From Aquifex aeolicus VF5 (lineage in GTDB: Bacteria > Aquificota > Aquificia > Aquificales > Aquificaceae), in assembly GCF_000008625.1 (NCBI RefSeq), contig NC_000918.1, positions 210,001 through 242,000 of the forward strand: 32,000 bases of DNA, given 5' to 3'. Positions 1 to 8,719 of the stretch are shown one piece after another (positions within the stretch are counted from its first letter, which is position 1; every line of letters starts with the position of its first letter). A program made the position numbers and the translations under genes. The notes under the pieces were generated by a model. That model saw only the letters and a list, made by a program, of their open reading frames with translations. It did not search any database and had not been told where the DNA came from.

Positions 1-942
1 CAGGTGTTGAGTCTTGCTCATTCCTATTAGGAAAGTTCCCACTCCCGGGGTGCTCCTTACAAACTGTATGGCCACGTGAACGTCGTTTTCAAGTCCGAAG
101 AATTCCTTTAACCTTTCGGGTACTCTTCCTATTACGTTTCCCTGATAAATGGTTGCGCTGATATACGTGTAAACGCCGAGTTCCTGTGCAGCTTCCAGAG
201 TGGATAGCGTTTTGCCACTTACCTGCTGGTTCTTAAGCGTGAAGGCTTCCGGCATACCGAGGTTGTAGGGGAGCTGTATGAACTTAAAGTGGTGGTTTTC
301 GCCCGCAACGCTCTTTGCTATGTCCAGAATTTCCAAAAGACTTAAGTACTGCCTAGAAGAGGGAGTAAGTCTAAAACCGTGCCACGTTGCAAAGCCGTAG
401 AACTTGAGCTTTCCTTCCGAAACCTTCTCCTCTAAAAGTTCAAAACACTCGGCCACCTTTTTATTGAAACGATTCCTGTCCACGTAAAGGAGTTGCTCCT
501 CTGGGTTATGTAGGAAGTACACGTCTATGTAATCGGTTTTCATGTTTTCAAGGCTTTTGTTGAAGCACCAGTTTATGAATTCCCTTCCAAGGTAGTGTCC
601 CTGAGGTGTCATTTCAGAGAGGTCTATAATCCCCGTCTTTAGAAAGTTCTTTTCAAAGTACTCCTTAGGGTCTTCACCGCTTTCTACGTCGTAGGGGATG
701 TATCCGCCTTTTGTGGAAACAATTACCTTTTCCCTTTCAACCTCCTGAAGGACTTTACCCACAACCCTTTCGCTCTTCATGTACCTGTAATTGATTGCGG
801 TATCAACAACGTTTATTCCAAGCTCAACAGCCTTCTTTATCGTTTCGTAATAACCCCTGTCCGTCTCCTCGTCGAGCTCACCGAGATACGTCCCGACGCC
901 CATTTCTGAAAGTCTTAATCCTTCAAACTCTTTGTAAAGCAT
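1..942 (-). CDS. aldo/keto reductase family oxidoreductase (N-terminal ~314 aa; the 3' end runs off the window)
   Basis: My own translation from the ATG at 942 (minus strand): MLYKEFEGLRLSEMGVGTYLG...INVVDTAINYRY...VIVSTKGG...DYIDVYFLHNPE...IQLPYN. These are typical AKR TIM-barrel motifs. The frame stays open to position 1. It is absent from the ORF track because it has no stop in the window. Confidence 0.8.
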   Translation of the reverse strand, partial: MLYKEFEGLRLSEMGVGTYLGELDEETDRGYYETIKKAVELGINVVDTAINYRYMKSERVVGKVLQEVEREKVIVSTKGGYIPYDVESGEDPKEYFEKNFLKTGIIDLSEMTPQGHYLGREFINWCFNKSLENMKTDYIDVYFLHNPEEQLLYVDRNRFNKKVAECFELLEEKVSEGKLKFYGFATWHGFRLTPSSRQYLSLLEILDIAKSVAGENHHFKFIQLPYNLGMPEAFTLKNQQVSGKTLSTLEAAQELGVYTYISATIYQGNVIGRVPERLKEFFGLENDVHVAIQFVRSTPGVGTFLIGMSKTQHL

Positions 943-1020
943 AATGTAGTTAATTTTAAGTTAGGAACACAGCTTGGGATTTCCTTAAGGGAATATAATA
1001 TTTATTTAGTAAATCTTTAT

Positions 1021-1029
1021 AAGGAGTGG
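1021..1029 (+). promoter_or_regulatory. Shine-Dalgarno site (aaggagtgg) for the ParB-like gene
   Basis: The GGAG core at 1023-1026 lies 7 nt upstream of the ATG at 1034. Confidence 0.6.
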
Positions 1030-1033
1030 AGAA

Positions 1034-1816
1034 ATGTACACGCTCAGAGAACCCTACAAAGGCTACGAGGTCAAAGTAACGCTCCTGCCTATAGAGGATA
1101 TAGTAATCCCTCCCATACAGAGGGATTTATCGGAGACATTGATAAAGAAGTTAATGCTCAGCATAGAAAAAGTTGGATTTGTAGATCCCATACTCGTCGT
1201 TGAAGGAGAAGAAGGAAAGTACGAGGTGATAAACGGTCAGCACAGACTCAAGGCTGCGGAACTCCTCGGCATAAGGGAAATTCCCGCAATAATTCTGCCT
1301 CAGGAAACTAAAGACTACATAATATCCCTCAACGTTGAAAAGGCACCGAACTTAAAGGACAAGGCTCATCAGGCTTACGAGATATTCATGAAGTACCTTA
1401 AGGAAAATCCCGAAATGGAGGAAGTGGAGCTCGAAAACATGGTGGAAGAACCTTACTTCCTTACGGTTGGTTTCATTACTGACCGCTTCGGAGAAAAGAG
1501 GTTTCCCGCTTACGCCTTTGAAAAGGTTCTGAAAAAAGTAGACGAGTTTTTAGGTCTTCCCCTGGAGGAAGCGGAGAGGGAAAGGGAAAACAGGGCAAAC
1601 GTCCTGAGAGACGTCAGGGAAGTTATGGAGGAGAAGTATCAGGAACTCGGACTCACAAACGCCCTTCACAAGGAAGCGATAATTTCTAAAGCCTTCCAGT
1701 CCGTGTACGGAAAGAGAGTAAGGAAGGTAGATGACGACTTTTATACGGTATTTGAAAAGATAAAGGAAGCCATACCCAGAGTTTCCTTTACCGAAGAAGA
1801 GCTGGAAAGCTTTTAA
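1034..1816 (+). CDS. ParB N-terminal (ParB/Srx-fold) domain protein with a DGQHR-like motif; function unknown
   Basis: The N-terminal ~90 aa read ...IQRDLSETLIKKL...ILVVEGEEGKYEVINGQHRLKAAELLGIREIPAII, resembling the ParB-like nuclease / DndB-type DGQHR core. The C-terminal ~170 aa are helical and charged with no motif I recognise. A strong SD lies upstream. Confidence 0.6.
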   Translation: MYTLREPYKGYEVKVTLLPIEDIVIPPIQRDLSETLIKKLMLSIEKVGFVDPILVVEGEEGKYEVINGQHRLKAAELLGIREIPAIILPQETKDYIISLNVEKAPNLKDKAHQAYEIFMKYLKENPEMEEVELENMVEEPYFLTVGFITDRFGEKRFPAYAFEKVLKKVDEFLGLPLEEAERERENRANVLRDVREVMEEKYQELGLTNALHKEAIISKAFQSVYGKRVRKVDDDFYTVFEKIKEAIPRVSFTEEELESF

Positions 1817-2577
1817 AGAACGAATACTTCCGAGGTTATCTTTGGCTCTACTTCCTCTCCGAGTATTAACTTAATTAACCTCTCTAAATTCTGAGACCTG
1901 TCCGTAAAGTAAAGCTCAAGACTTCCGCTTCCTTCGTTTTTTACAAAGTCCTTTAAGGATTTCGCGGTTGCACGGGAGGAGTCTATCACATTCACACCTT
2001 CCAGAAAGTTTTGTATTTCCCTTTTGAGCAGAGGATAGTGAGTACAACCGAGGATTAATGTATCCACCTTTCCCTTAAAGTCCTTCAGGTAATGCTCCAC
2101 TACCTTTTTCGGTATTTCTCCCTCAATCATTCCTTCTTCCACCAGAGGCACAAAGAGCGGACAGGCTTTTGAGTAAACCTCTGCTCCTGCCCTTTTTAAG
2201 GCTTCCTGATAAGCACCGCTCTTTATAGTAGCCTGCGTGCCTATGACTCCTATTCTCTTCGTTTTTGATTTTCTAAGGGCTTCCTTAACTCCCGGCTCTA
2301 TTACTCCGAAAACTGGAAAGGGAAACTCCCTCTTTAATTCTTCAAGGGCGTAGGCGCTTGCAGTATTGCATGCGACTACGAGCAAGTCAACACCCTTGTC
2401 CTTCAGGAAGTTTGCGCACTCCTTTGAGTACCTTACTATCGTTTCCTTTGAACGTATCCCGTAAGGAACTCTTGCTGTATCTCCCAAGTAAACTACGTCC
2501 ACGTTCGGATAAGCTTCCCTTATGGCTTTTAAAACCGTCATTCCCCCCGCACCACTGTCAAAAATCCCTATTTTCAT
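1813..2577 (-). CDS. murI: glutamate racemase
   Basis: MKIGIFDSGAGGMTVLKAI..., both catalytic Cys motifs (VVACNTASA and LGCTHYPL), ~254 aa. I prefer the ATG at 2577 (MKIGIF) over the track's upstream start at 2610. Confidence 0.9.
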   Translation of the reverse strand: MKIGIFDSGAGGMTVLKAIREAYPNVDVVYLGDTARVPYGIRSKETIVRYSKECANFLKDKGVDLLVVACNTASAYALEELKREFPFPVFGVIEPGVKEALRKSKTKRIGVIGTQATIKSGAYQEALKRAGAEVYSKACPLFVPLVEEGMIEGEIPKKVVEHYLKDFKGKVDTLILGCTHYPLLKREIQNFLEGVNVIDSSRATAKSLKDFVKNEGSGSLELYFTDRSQNLERLIKLILGEEVEPKITSEVFVL

Positions 2578-2604
2578 AAAGAAGATTTTACAATTCATTC
2601 CTTG

Positions 2605-3666
2605 ATGCAATTTGAAGTCCTGAAGAGGTTTTTCCCTAAAGAGAGTCTGAAAAATTGCAAAGGAGCTTTATGGGTTCACACAGCAAGTATAGGAGAATTC
2701 AATACTTTCCTACCTATCCTTAAAGAACTAAAAAGAGAACACAGAATTCTGCTCACTTACTTTTCCCCCCGTGCAAGGGAATACCTAAAGACAAAAAGTG
2801 ATTTTTACGACTGCCTTCATCCTCTCCCTCTTGATAACCCATTTTCCGTAAAGAGATTTGAAGAACTATCAAAACCAAAAGCCTTAATAGTAGTTGAAAG
2901 GGAATTCTGGCCCTCTTTAATAATTTTTACTAAAGTTCCCAAAATCCTCGTCAACGCCTACGCAAAAGGGAGTTTAATAGAGAAAATTCTCTCAAAAAAA
3001 TTTGACTTAATAATAATGAGAACTCAAGAAGATGTGGAAAAATTTAAAACCTTTGGTGCAAAGAGGGTATTTTCCTGCGGGAATTTAAAATTCATTTGTC
3101 AAAAAGGAAAAGGGATAAAATTGAAAGGTGAATTCATAGTAGCGGGAAGTATCCACACGGGCGAAGTTGAAATCATTCTAAAAGCCTTTAAAGAAATAAA
3201 AAAGACTTATTCAAGCTTAAAACTGATACTTGTCCCGAGGCATATAGAGAACGCAAAAATCTTTGAAAAAAAGGCGAGGGACTTTGGTTTTAAAACTTCC
3301 TTCTTTGAAAACCTCGAAGGTGATGTTATCCTAGTGGACAGGTTCGGGATACTTAAAGAACTATACCCGGTCGGAAAAATCGCAATAGTTGGCGGAACTT
3401 TTGTAAATATAGGGGGGCATAACCTTCTGGAGCCCACCTGCTGGGGCATTCCCGTAATTTACGGACCTTACACGCATAAAGTAAATGATCTGAAGGAATT
3501 TTTAGAAAAAGAGGGAGCTGGATTTGAAGTAAAGAATGAAACAGAGCTCGTGACAAAACTCACGGAGCTCCTATCCGTAAAGAAAGAGATTAAAGTGGAG
3601 GAAAAATCAAGGGAAATTAAGGGATGTTACTTGGAAAAACTTAGGGAGTTTTTAAGAGGTCTTTAA
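2605..3666 (+). CDS. waaA: 3-deoxy-D-manno-octulosonic acid (Kdo) transferase
   Basis: MQFEVLKRFFPKESLKNCKGALWVHTASIGEF... has GT30 family architecture. From memory it matches the crystallised A. aeolicus WaaA. The ATG at 2605 follows the TTG used by the track at 2602. Confidence 0.9.
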   Translation: MQFEVLKRFFPKESLKNCKGALWVHTASIGEFNTFLPILKELKREHRILLTYFSPRAREYLKTKSDFYDCLHPLPLDNPFSVKRFEELSKPKALIVVEREFWPSLIIFTKVPKILVNAYAKGSLIEKILSKKFDLIIMRTQEDVEKFKTFGAKRVFSCGNLKFICQKGKGIKLKGEFIVAGSIHTGEVEIILKAFKEIKKTYSSLKLILVPRHIENAKIFEKKARDFGFKTSFFENLEGDVILVDRFGILKELYPVGKIAIVGGTFVNIGGHNLLEPTCWGIPVIYGPYTHKVNDLKEFLEKEGAGFEVKNETELVTKLTELLSVKKEIKVEEKSREIKGCYLEKLREFLRGL

Positions 3667-4411
3667 CGAAGGGAATTACGACCTCGTTGAACTTTTCGGG
3701 GTTTTCAAAAGGCGGAAGGTGTGCGGAGTTTTCAAGCTCGTAGTACTTTGCTCCCTTTATGCCCTCTGCAATCTTTTTCACAATCTCCGGAGGAGTGACT
3801 CTCTCGTCGTCTTTTCCCGCTATCACGAGCGTAGGAACGTCTATACTCGGAAGCAGATCCGTGTTATCCTTCCTTTCTGCTAGAGCCTTTAATGTCTTCA
3901 CTATGCCTTCCCTCGTTGCCTTTTCCATTATGCACCTGAGTGTCCTCATCTTGTTTTCGTCCTTCTTCGTGGCAGGGGAAGTCTGGTTTTCGAGCATAGC
4001 CTCTATTAAGAACTCCTTTCCTTCCTTCTGTACTTTCTCTATTAGGGCGTAGCGTGCTTTTTTGCCCTCTTCGGTGTCCGCCTCCGCCCTGGTTGCAACG
4101 AAAACAAATCCCTTTATCATTTCCCTGTAGCGTCTCCACATGTCGAACATTATGTAACCGCCCATACTGTCTCCTATCGGGATTACCTTCTTTACCCTGA
4201 ACTTTCTGAGTTCGTTTACGACGTAATCCGTTAATCTCTCTACCGTATACTCTCCGGGAAGGTTTGGAGCGTCTCCGAAGCCCGGATAATCTAAAGCTAC
4301 GTAAGGTATTCCTTCCTCTTCAAAGGCACAAAACTGGTACCTGTACATCTCTTTGTTCAGGGGAAAAGCGTGCAGGAAAAGTACAACTTCGGGAAAGTAA
4401 GTTCTCAGCAT
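3641..4411 (-). CDS. alpha/beta-fold hydrolase
   Basis: VVLFLHAFPLN oxyanion region, nucleophile elbow GDSMGG, C-terminal ...NSAHLPPFENPEKF (catalytic His), 256 aa. Confidence 0.75.
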   Translation of the reverse strand: MLRTYFPEVVLFLHAFPLNKEMYRYQFCAFEEEGIPYVALDYPGFGDAPNLPGEYTVERLTDYVVNELRKFRVKKVIPIGDSMGGYIMFDMWRRYREMIKGFVFVATRAEADTEEGKKARYALIEKVQKEGKEFLIEAMLENQTSPATKKDENKMRTLRCIMEKATREGIVKTLKALAERKDNTDLLPSIDVPTLVIAGKDDERVTPPEIVKKIAEGIKGAKYYELENSAHLPPFENPEKFNEVVIPFVKDLLKTP

Positions 4412-4885
4412 AAAAATTATTCTAAAATAGAAACTATGCTGAGACCTAAGGGATTTGACAAATTAGACCACTACTTCAGAACAGAACTGGACATAGACCT
4501 GACCGATGAGACCATAGAACTGCTCCTGAACTCCGTTAAAGCTGCCTTCGGAAAACTCTTTTACGGTGCGGAGCAAAGGGCAAGGTGGAACGGAAGGGAC
4601 TTTATAGCCCTTGCGGATCTGAACATAACCAAAGCTCTGGAAGAACATATCAAAAACTTCCAGAAGATAGAACAAGATATGGGAGTGGACGAGCTCCTTG
4701 AGTACATAGCCTTTATTCCTCCCGTGGAAATGAATGTAGGGGAAGACCTGAAAAGTGAGTACAGGAACATAATGGGCGGACTCCTCCTCATGCACGCGGA
4801 CGTTATAAAGAAGGCAACGGGAGAGAGAAAACCCTCAAGGGAGGCTATGGAGTTCGTAGCCCAAATAGTTGACAAAGTTTTCTAA
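4370..4885 (+). CDS. small helical protein, probable DUF1931 / histone-fold pseudodimer (Aq_328-like)
   Basis: 171-aa ORF from the GTG at 4370. An ATG at 4436 (MLRPKGFDKL...) would remove the 42-nt overlap with the divergent hydrolase gene. Position two genes after waaA and the length fit my recollection of the A. aeolicus Aq_328 histone-fold structure. The fold cannot be proven from sequence by eye. Confidence 0.5.
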   Translation: MQEKYNFGKVSSQHKNYSKIETMLRPKGFDKLDHYFRTELDIDLTDETIELLLNSVKAAFGKLFYGAEQRARWNGRDFIALADLNITKALEEHIKNFQKIEQDMGVDELLEYIAFIPPVEMNVGEDLKSEYRNIMGGLLLMHADVIKKATGERKPSREAMEFVAQIVDKVF

Positions 4886-4914
4886 TTGATTATTCTTTTC
4901 AGATAGGGGCTAGT

Positions 4915-5796
4915 ATGAATAAAAAGGAACTTATTGACATACTTCTATACGACGTTGCATTAGAGCATTCTGCCATAATCCAGTACCTCTACAACGTGTT
5001 CCTGATAGGAGATCCCGAAATAACGAACGAGATAGAGAGTATAGCAAGACAGGAAATGCGTCACCTCAAGTGGTTTGCCCAGAAGGTGGTAGAACTTGGC
5101 GGAAAGGTAACTCTGAACAGGATAGAGGAGGCTATAAAGGTAGGACAGAGCTGGGAAGAGATGCTCAAAAACGACGTGGATGCGGAAGAGGAAGCGATAA
5201 AGATATACTCCCAGCAACTTGAAATAGTGAAGGACGATTCTGTGAAAAAGCTCTTGGACAGAGTGATAAACGACGAGATGAGGCACAGGGACGAGTTTTC
5301 CGAAATGCTCGAAGAACTCAAAAACAAGAAGATAGAAGAAGCTAAACAGGAAGCAGGGATAGACTCCGAAATATTCAACATACTCAACAAACTCCTTCAA
5401 AAGGAGTACAGGCTAATACTGGACTACCTCTACCACTTCTTCCACTCAAAAACGTGGCAGGAAAAGGACACTTCTTTAGATATAGCAATTGAGAGCATGT
5501 TCCACATGGGAGAGCTTGGTGAAAAGATAGGAGAACTGGGAGGTTATCCCGACCTTTCCCTACCGAAGGCAAAACACTTTAAAGGATTCACACCAGAGGA
5601 AGTTATAGAGGACATAAAGGAAGAAGAAACTGCAAGCAGGATGTACGAAGAAAACGCAAAGAAGGTAACGAGGGAAGACTTAGTAAAACTCTTTAAGTGG
5701 TTTGAAAAACAGGAAGACTACCACGCTCAGAGATTAAAGGAATTATTTAGGAAGATGAACAGGTTCACTATAGGGGGCTTGGGAGAAGAGTCTTAA
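4915..5796 (+). CDS. tandem ferritin-like (diiron-carboxylate type) domain protein
   Basis: First half: LEHSAIIQYLY...ARQEMRHLKW...AEEEAIKIY...INDEMRHRDEF, i.e. two ExxH motifs plus the preceding Glu. The second half repeats the helical pattern more loosely (ESMFHMGE..., EEETASRMY..., KQEDYHAQR). Confidence 0.6.
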   Translation: MNKKELIDILLYDVALEHSAIIQYLYNVFLIGDPEITNEIESIARQEMRHLKWFAQKVVELGGKVTLNRIEEAIKVGQSWEEMLKNDVDAEEEAIKIYSQQLEIVKDDSVKKLLDRVINDEMRHRDEFSEMLEELKNKKIEEAKQEAGIDSEIFNILNKLLQKEYRLILDYLYHFFHSKTWQEKDTSLDIAIESMFHMGELGEKIGELGGYPDLSLPKAKHFKGFTPEEVIEDIKEEETASRMYEENAKKVTREDLVKLFKWFEKQEDYHAQRLKELFRKMNRFTIGGLGEES

Positions 5797-5843
5797 TACT
5801 TGCCAAATAAAGGGCTTTTTTATAAAATAAAAATCTTAGGTAA

Positions 5844-5931
5844 GCCGGAGTGGCGGAACTGGCAGACGCGCCGTCTTGAGGGGACGGTGCCCTTTACGGG
5901 CGTGCGGGTTCGACTCCCGCCTCCGGCACCA
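5844..5931 (+). tRNA. tRNA-Leu (anticodon GAG), class II with long variable arm, CCA encoded
   Basis: Acceptor gccggag/ctccggc, anticodon stem ccgtc/gacgg with loop ttGAGgg, variable arm tgccctttacgggcgt, T arm gcggg-ttcgact-cccgc, 3' ...a-cca. Confidence 0.9.
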
Positions 5932-5953
5932 CAAAATCCCTTAAAATAATCAA

Positions 5954-6970
5954 ATGCCGAAAAACGACCTCCTTTTGAGAAGCCTCCGCGGAGAACCCAT
6001 AGGGCGATTTCCCGTCTGGTTAATGAGACAGGCAGGCAGGTACATGCCTGAGTACAGGAAAATAAGGAACAGAGTTAAAAACTTTCTTGAACTCTGTAAA
6101 AACGTAGACCTTGCCACCGAAATCTCGCTCCTTCCTTTAAAAATTCTTGGTGTTGATGCGATAATCATCTTTTCCGATATCCTCGTTCCCTTGGAACCCT
6201 TAGGTGTAAAGGTCGAGTTCGTAGAGGGAGAAGGTCCGAAGCTCTCTTGGAGCGGAAAGGTTTCTGATTTGAAAAAGTACGACCCGTCTCAAAACGCATA
6301 CGTTTACGAAATTATTAAAAGGGTTAAGGAAGCTCAGGACGAAGTTCCCGTTATAGGTTTTGCCGGAGCACCCTTTACACTCCTCTCGTACCTGATAGAA
6401 GGCGGGGCGAGCAAAGACTTCAAAAGTACTAAACTCTTTATGTGGGAAAATCCCAAGGAGTACAAAAGGTTGATGGACATACTTACGGAAACTGTACTGG
6501 CTTACTTGAAGGAACAGATAAAGGCTGGAGCGGATGTGGTTCAAATATTCGATAGCTGGGTCAACAACCTGAGCCTTGAGGATTACGGTGAGTACGTTTA
6601 CCCTTACGTGAATTACTTAATTTCTGAGCTGAAAGACTTTTCGGATACACCCGTTATATACTTCTTCAGAGGTTCTTCCTCATTTATAGACCTGGCGGTG
6701 GACTACAGAGCTGATGCCCTTTCTGTGGACTGGAGCGTTGATATACCCGAACTCTTTAAAATCTACGATAAAGGCTTTCAGGGAAATCTTGAACCTGCGG
6801 TTCTGTACGCAAGCGAGGAGGTTATAGAAGAAAAGACTTTAGGACTCCTCAGAAGAATTCCCGTAAAAACTAGGTACGTTTTTAACTTGGGGCACGGGCT
6901 TGCCCCCGACATGGAACTTGAGAAAGTTAAGTACCTCGTGGATCTGGTCAAGTCCTTTCCTTTAACATAA
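5954..6970 (+). CDS. hemE: uroporphyrinogen decarboxylase
   Basis: N-terminal signature PVWLMRQAGRYMPEYR, 338 aa, family-typical length and C-terminal FNLGHG motif. Confidence 0.9.
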   Translation: MPKNDLLLRSLRGEPIGRFPVWLMRQAGRYMPEYRKIRNRVKNFLELCKNVDLATEISLLPLKILGVDAIIIFSDILVPLEPLGVKVEFVEGEGPKLSWSGKVSDLKKYDPSQNAYVYEIIKRVKEAQDEVPVIGFAGAPFTLLSYLIEGGASKDFKSTKLFMWENPKEYKRLMDILTETVLAYLKEQIKAGADVVQIFDSWVNNLSLEDYGEYVYPYVNYLISELKDFSDTPVIYFFRGSSSFIDLAVDYRADALSVDWSVDIPELFKIYDKGFQGNLEPAVLYASEEVIEEKTLGLLRRIPVKTRYVFNLGHGLAPDMELEKVKYLVDLVKSFPLT

Positions 6971-7759
6971 ATCTTCCCGCGTAGTCCTTTGCAAATTGAT
7001 AGGCAACTCTTCCCGAAAAACTGCTCCTTTCCGTAGCCCACCTGAGGGCTTCCCTCTTAACTTCTTCGTCCATGGGAATACCGAACATCTTTAAGTAGTT
7101 TTCCACGATTTCTAGGTAGAGTTCCTGAAAAACGGGTGGGAATTGAAGTCTGATACCGAAGCGTTCCACTAAAGAAAACTTTTCGTGGAGTGCTTCCTCC
7201 GGAAATTTATCCTTTTCTTCCAAATCCGGAGAGAGGTGTCTCCTGTTTGTAGTTGCGTAAACAAGACGTTCTGGGGTCTTTCCTCAACATCTCCCTCCAT
7301 AATAGATTTTAAAAGTCTAAAGGCATCCTCATGTGGCTCAAAGGTCAGGTCGTCGAAAAAGAGTATGAACTTTTCTTCTTTATCTCTCAGGACCTCGTAG
7401 AGATCTGCGAGTTCGGGAATTTCGTGTTTGGTTACCTGAACTATCCTTAGTCCCTCTTTTCCGAAAACTCCCAAGAGAGCTTTTACCAGAGAAGACTTTC
7501 CTGTTCCCCTCGCACCCCAGAGGAGCACGTCGTTTGCGGGAAGTCCCTTCACGAATTGAGCCGTGTTCCTGAGTAAGACTTCCTTTTGCTTTTCTACTCC
7601 GAGGAGGGAGTTTATATCTGGTATGTGGGGGTGTTTTACGGGCTCAAGCTTGTTTATCTTCAACCTGAAGGCGAGGTGTTCTTTGAAAAACCCTTCGGGA
7701 TAATCCCTGGTGTTTAAACCCTTTGAGAGTTCCTTTACGAGTTGCTCTACGAGGCTCAT
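6948..7759 (-). pseudogene. DUF815-type AAA+ ATPase, interrupted by a single 1-nt frameshift
   Basis: ORF 7169..7759 carries Walker A (LLWGARGTGKSSLVKAL) and Walker B (FILFFDDL), then runs into out-of-frame sequence after ...ERPQNVL. The adjacent frame is open from 7283 and reads (L)VYATTNRRHLSPDLEEKDKFPEEALHEKFSLVERFG..., the expected family continuation, through ORF 6948..7223. The junction lies at about 7257..7265. Confidence 0.75.
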
Positions 7760-7783
7760 AGGTTTATAATAATACTTTGTAGA

Positions 7784-7858
7784 GCGGGCGTAGCTCAGTG
7801 GTAGAGCGGCTGCTTGCCATGCAGCAGGTCGCGGGTTCGAGTCCCGTCGCCCGCTCCA
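7784..7858 (+). tRNA. tRNA-Gly (anticodon GCC), CCA encoded
   Basis: Acceptor gcgggcg/cgcccgc, D loop agctcagtggtagagc, anticodon stem gctgc/gcagc with loop ttGCCat, T loop ttcgagt, discriminator t, then cca. Confidence 0.9.
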
Positions 7859-7866
7859 TATAAAAA

Positions 7867-7941
7867 GGCGACGTGGCCGAGCGGTTAGGCGGGGGACTGC
7901 AAATCCCCTTTACGGCGGTTCGAATCCGCCCGTCGCCTCCA
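7867..7941 (+). tRNA. tRNA-Cys (anticodon GCA), CCA encoded; 8 nt downstream of tRNA-Gly
   Basis: Acceptor ggcgacg/cgtcgcc, anticodon stem gggga/tcccc with loop ctGCAaa, T arm ggcgg-ttcgaat-ccgcc, discriminator t, then cca. Confidence 0.9.
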
Positions 7942-8716
7942 CCAATTCCTTGATTTCTAAAGATAAACAAACAAAACTGGGATTTCTCAAGTCTTCCTTG
8001 TTGTACCTCAAAGGTTCTCTGAGTTTTCCCTCTTCGTAAACGAAGAGTTCACAGCCCGCCTCTTTTGCTACGGCATGCCCCGCTCCCGTGTCCCACTCCA
8101 TAGTTGGGGCAATTCTCGGATATATATCCGCACTTCCTTCCGCAACCATACATATCTTTAGTGAACTGCCCTTTGAAAGGAACTGGAGTTTACCAAATTT
8201 CTTTTCTAAATTTTCGAGGAATTTCTTGGTTTCTTCGTTCATGTGGGAACGGGAAGCCACGACCCTGAGGTTTTCCCTACTCCAATTTCCAATGGGAAGT
8301 TTTTCCATTTTTCCCTTTACCTCTCTGTAAGCTCCGTTCCCTTTCTCGGCAAAGTAAAGCACTTCTAAGGCAGGTGCGTAAACTACTCCGAGAACAGGTT
8401 CTCCTTCCTCTACGAGGGCTACGTTTACGGTAAACTCTCCGTTCTTCTTTATAAACTCCTTCGTCCCGTCCAGTGGATCAACGAGCCAGAACCTTTTCCA
8501 TTTTCTTCTCTCTTTAAAAGGAATTTCCTTTCCCTCTTCCGAGAGTACAGGTATTCTAGTTTCCTTTAACTCTTCCGTTATTATTCTGTGAGCCCTTCTG
8601 TCCGCTTCCGTAACGGGAGTCCTGTCTTCCTTTTCTTCAACTGTGAACTCCTTTGAGTAAACTTCTAAAATTTCCTCACCTGCTTTTTTGCAGGCTTTAA
8701 TCACCTTTTCTAACAT
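7910..8716 (-). CDS. cysQ: 3'(2'),5'-bisphosphate nucleotidase (inositol monophosphatase superfamily)
   Basis: SEE...WKRFWLVDPLDGTKEFIKKNGEFTVNVALV, GSSLKICMVAEG, YPRIAPTMEWDTGAGHAV. This is a strong CysQ pattern. The last ~10 codons are antisense to tRNA-Cys. Confidence 0.85.
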   Translation of the reverse strand: MLEKVIKACKKAGEEILEVYSKEFTVEEKEDRTPVTEADRRAHRIITEELKETRIPVLSEEGKEIPFKERRKWKRFWLVDPLDGTKEFIKKNGEFTVNVALVEEGEPVLGVVYAPALEVLYFAEKGNGAYREVKGKMEKLPIGNWSRENLRVVASRSHMNEETKKFLENLEKKFGKLQFLSKGSSLKICMVAEGSADIYPRIAPTMEWDTGAGHAVAKEAGCELFVYEEGKLREPLRYNKEDLRNPSFVCLSLEIKELVEATGGFEPP

Positions 8717-8719
8717 TCT

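Noticed and set aside
2358-5572. Antisense or alternative-frame track ORFs within murI, waaA, the hydrolase, the histone-fold gene and the ferritin-like gene (e.g. 2358..2579, 3207..3449, 3759..4052, 4463..4795, 4960..5400)
   Set aside because: Each lies entirely within a gene that has clear family motifs. Their compositions are typical of antisense translation.
5797-5843. Intrinsic terminator after the ferritin-like gene (aaagggctttttt)
   Set aside because: The only possible stem is about 3 bp (gcc...ggc), which is too weak to call.
5844-7941. tRNA genes as possible integration sites for a genomic island
   Set aside because: There is no integrase, no direct repeat of a tRNA 3' end, and no accessory-type cargo next to any of the three tRNAs. 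The flanking genes are hemE, the DUF815 ATPase gene and cysQ.
7764-7970. 68-aa minus-strand ORF in the track
   Set aside because: It lies antisense across the tRNA-Gly and tRNA-Cys genes. Its reading frame is an accident of the GC-rich tRNA sequence.
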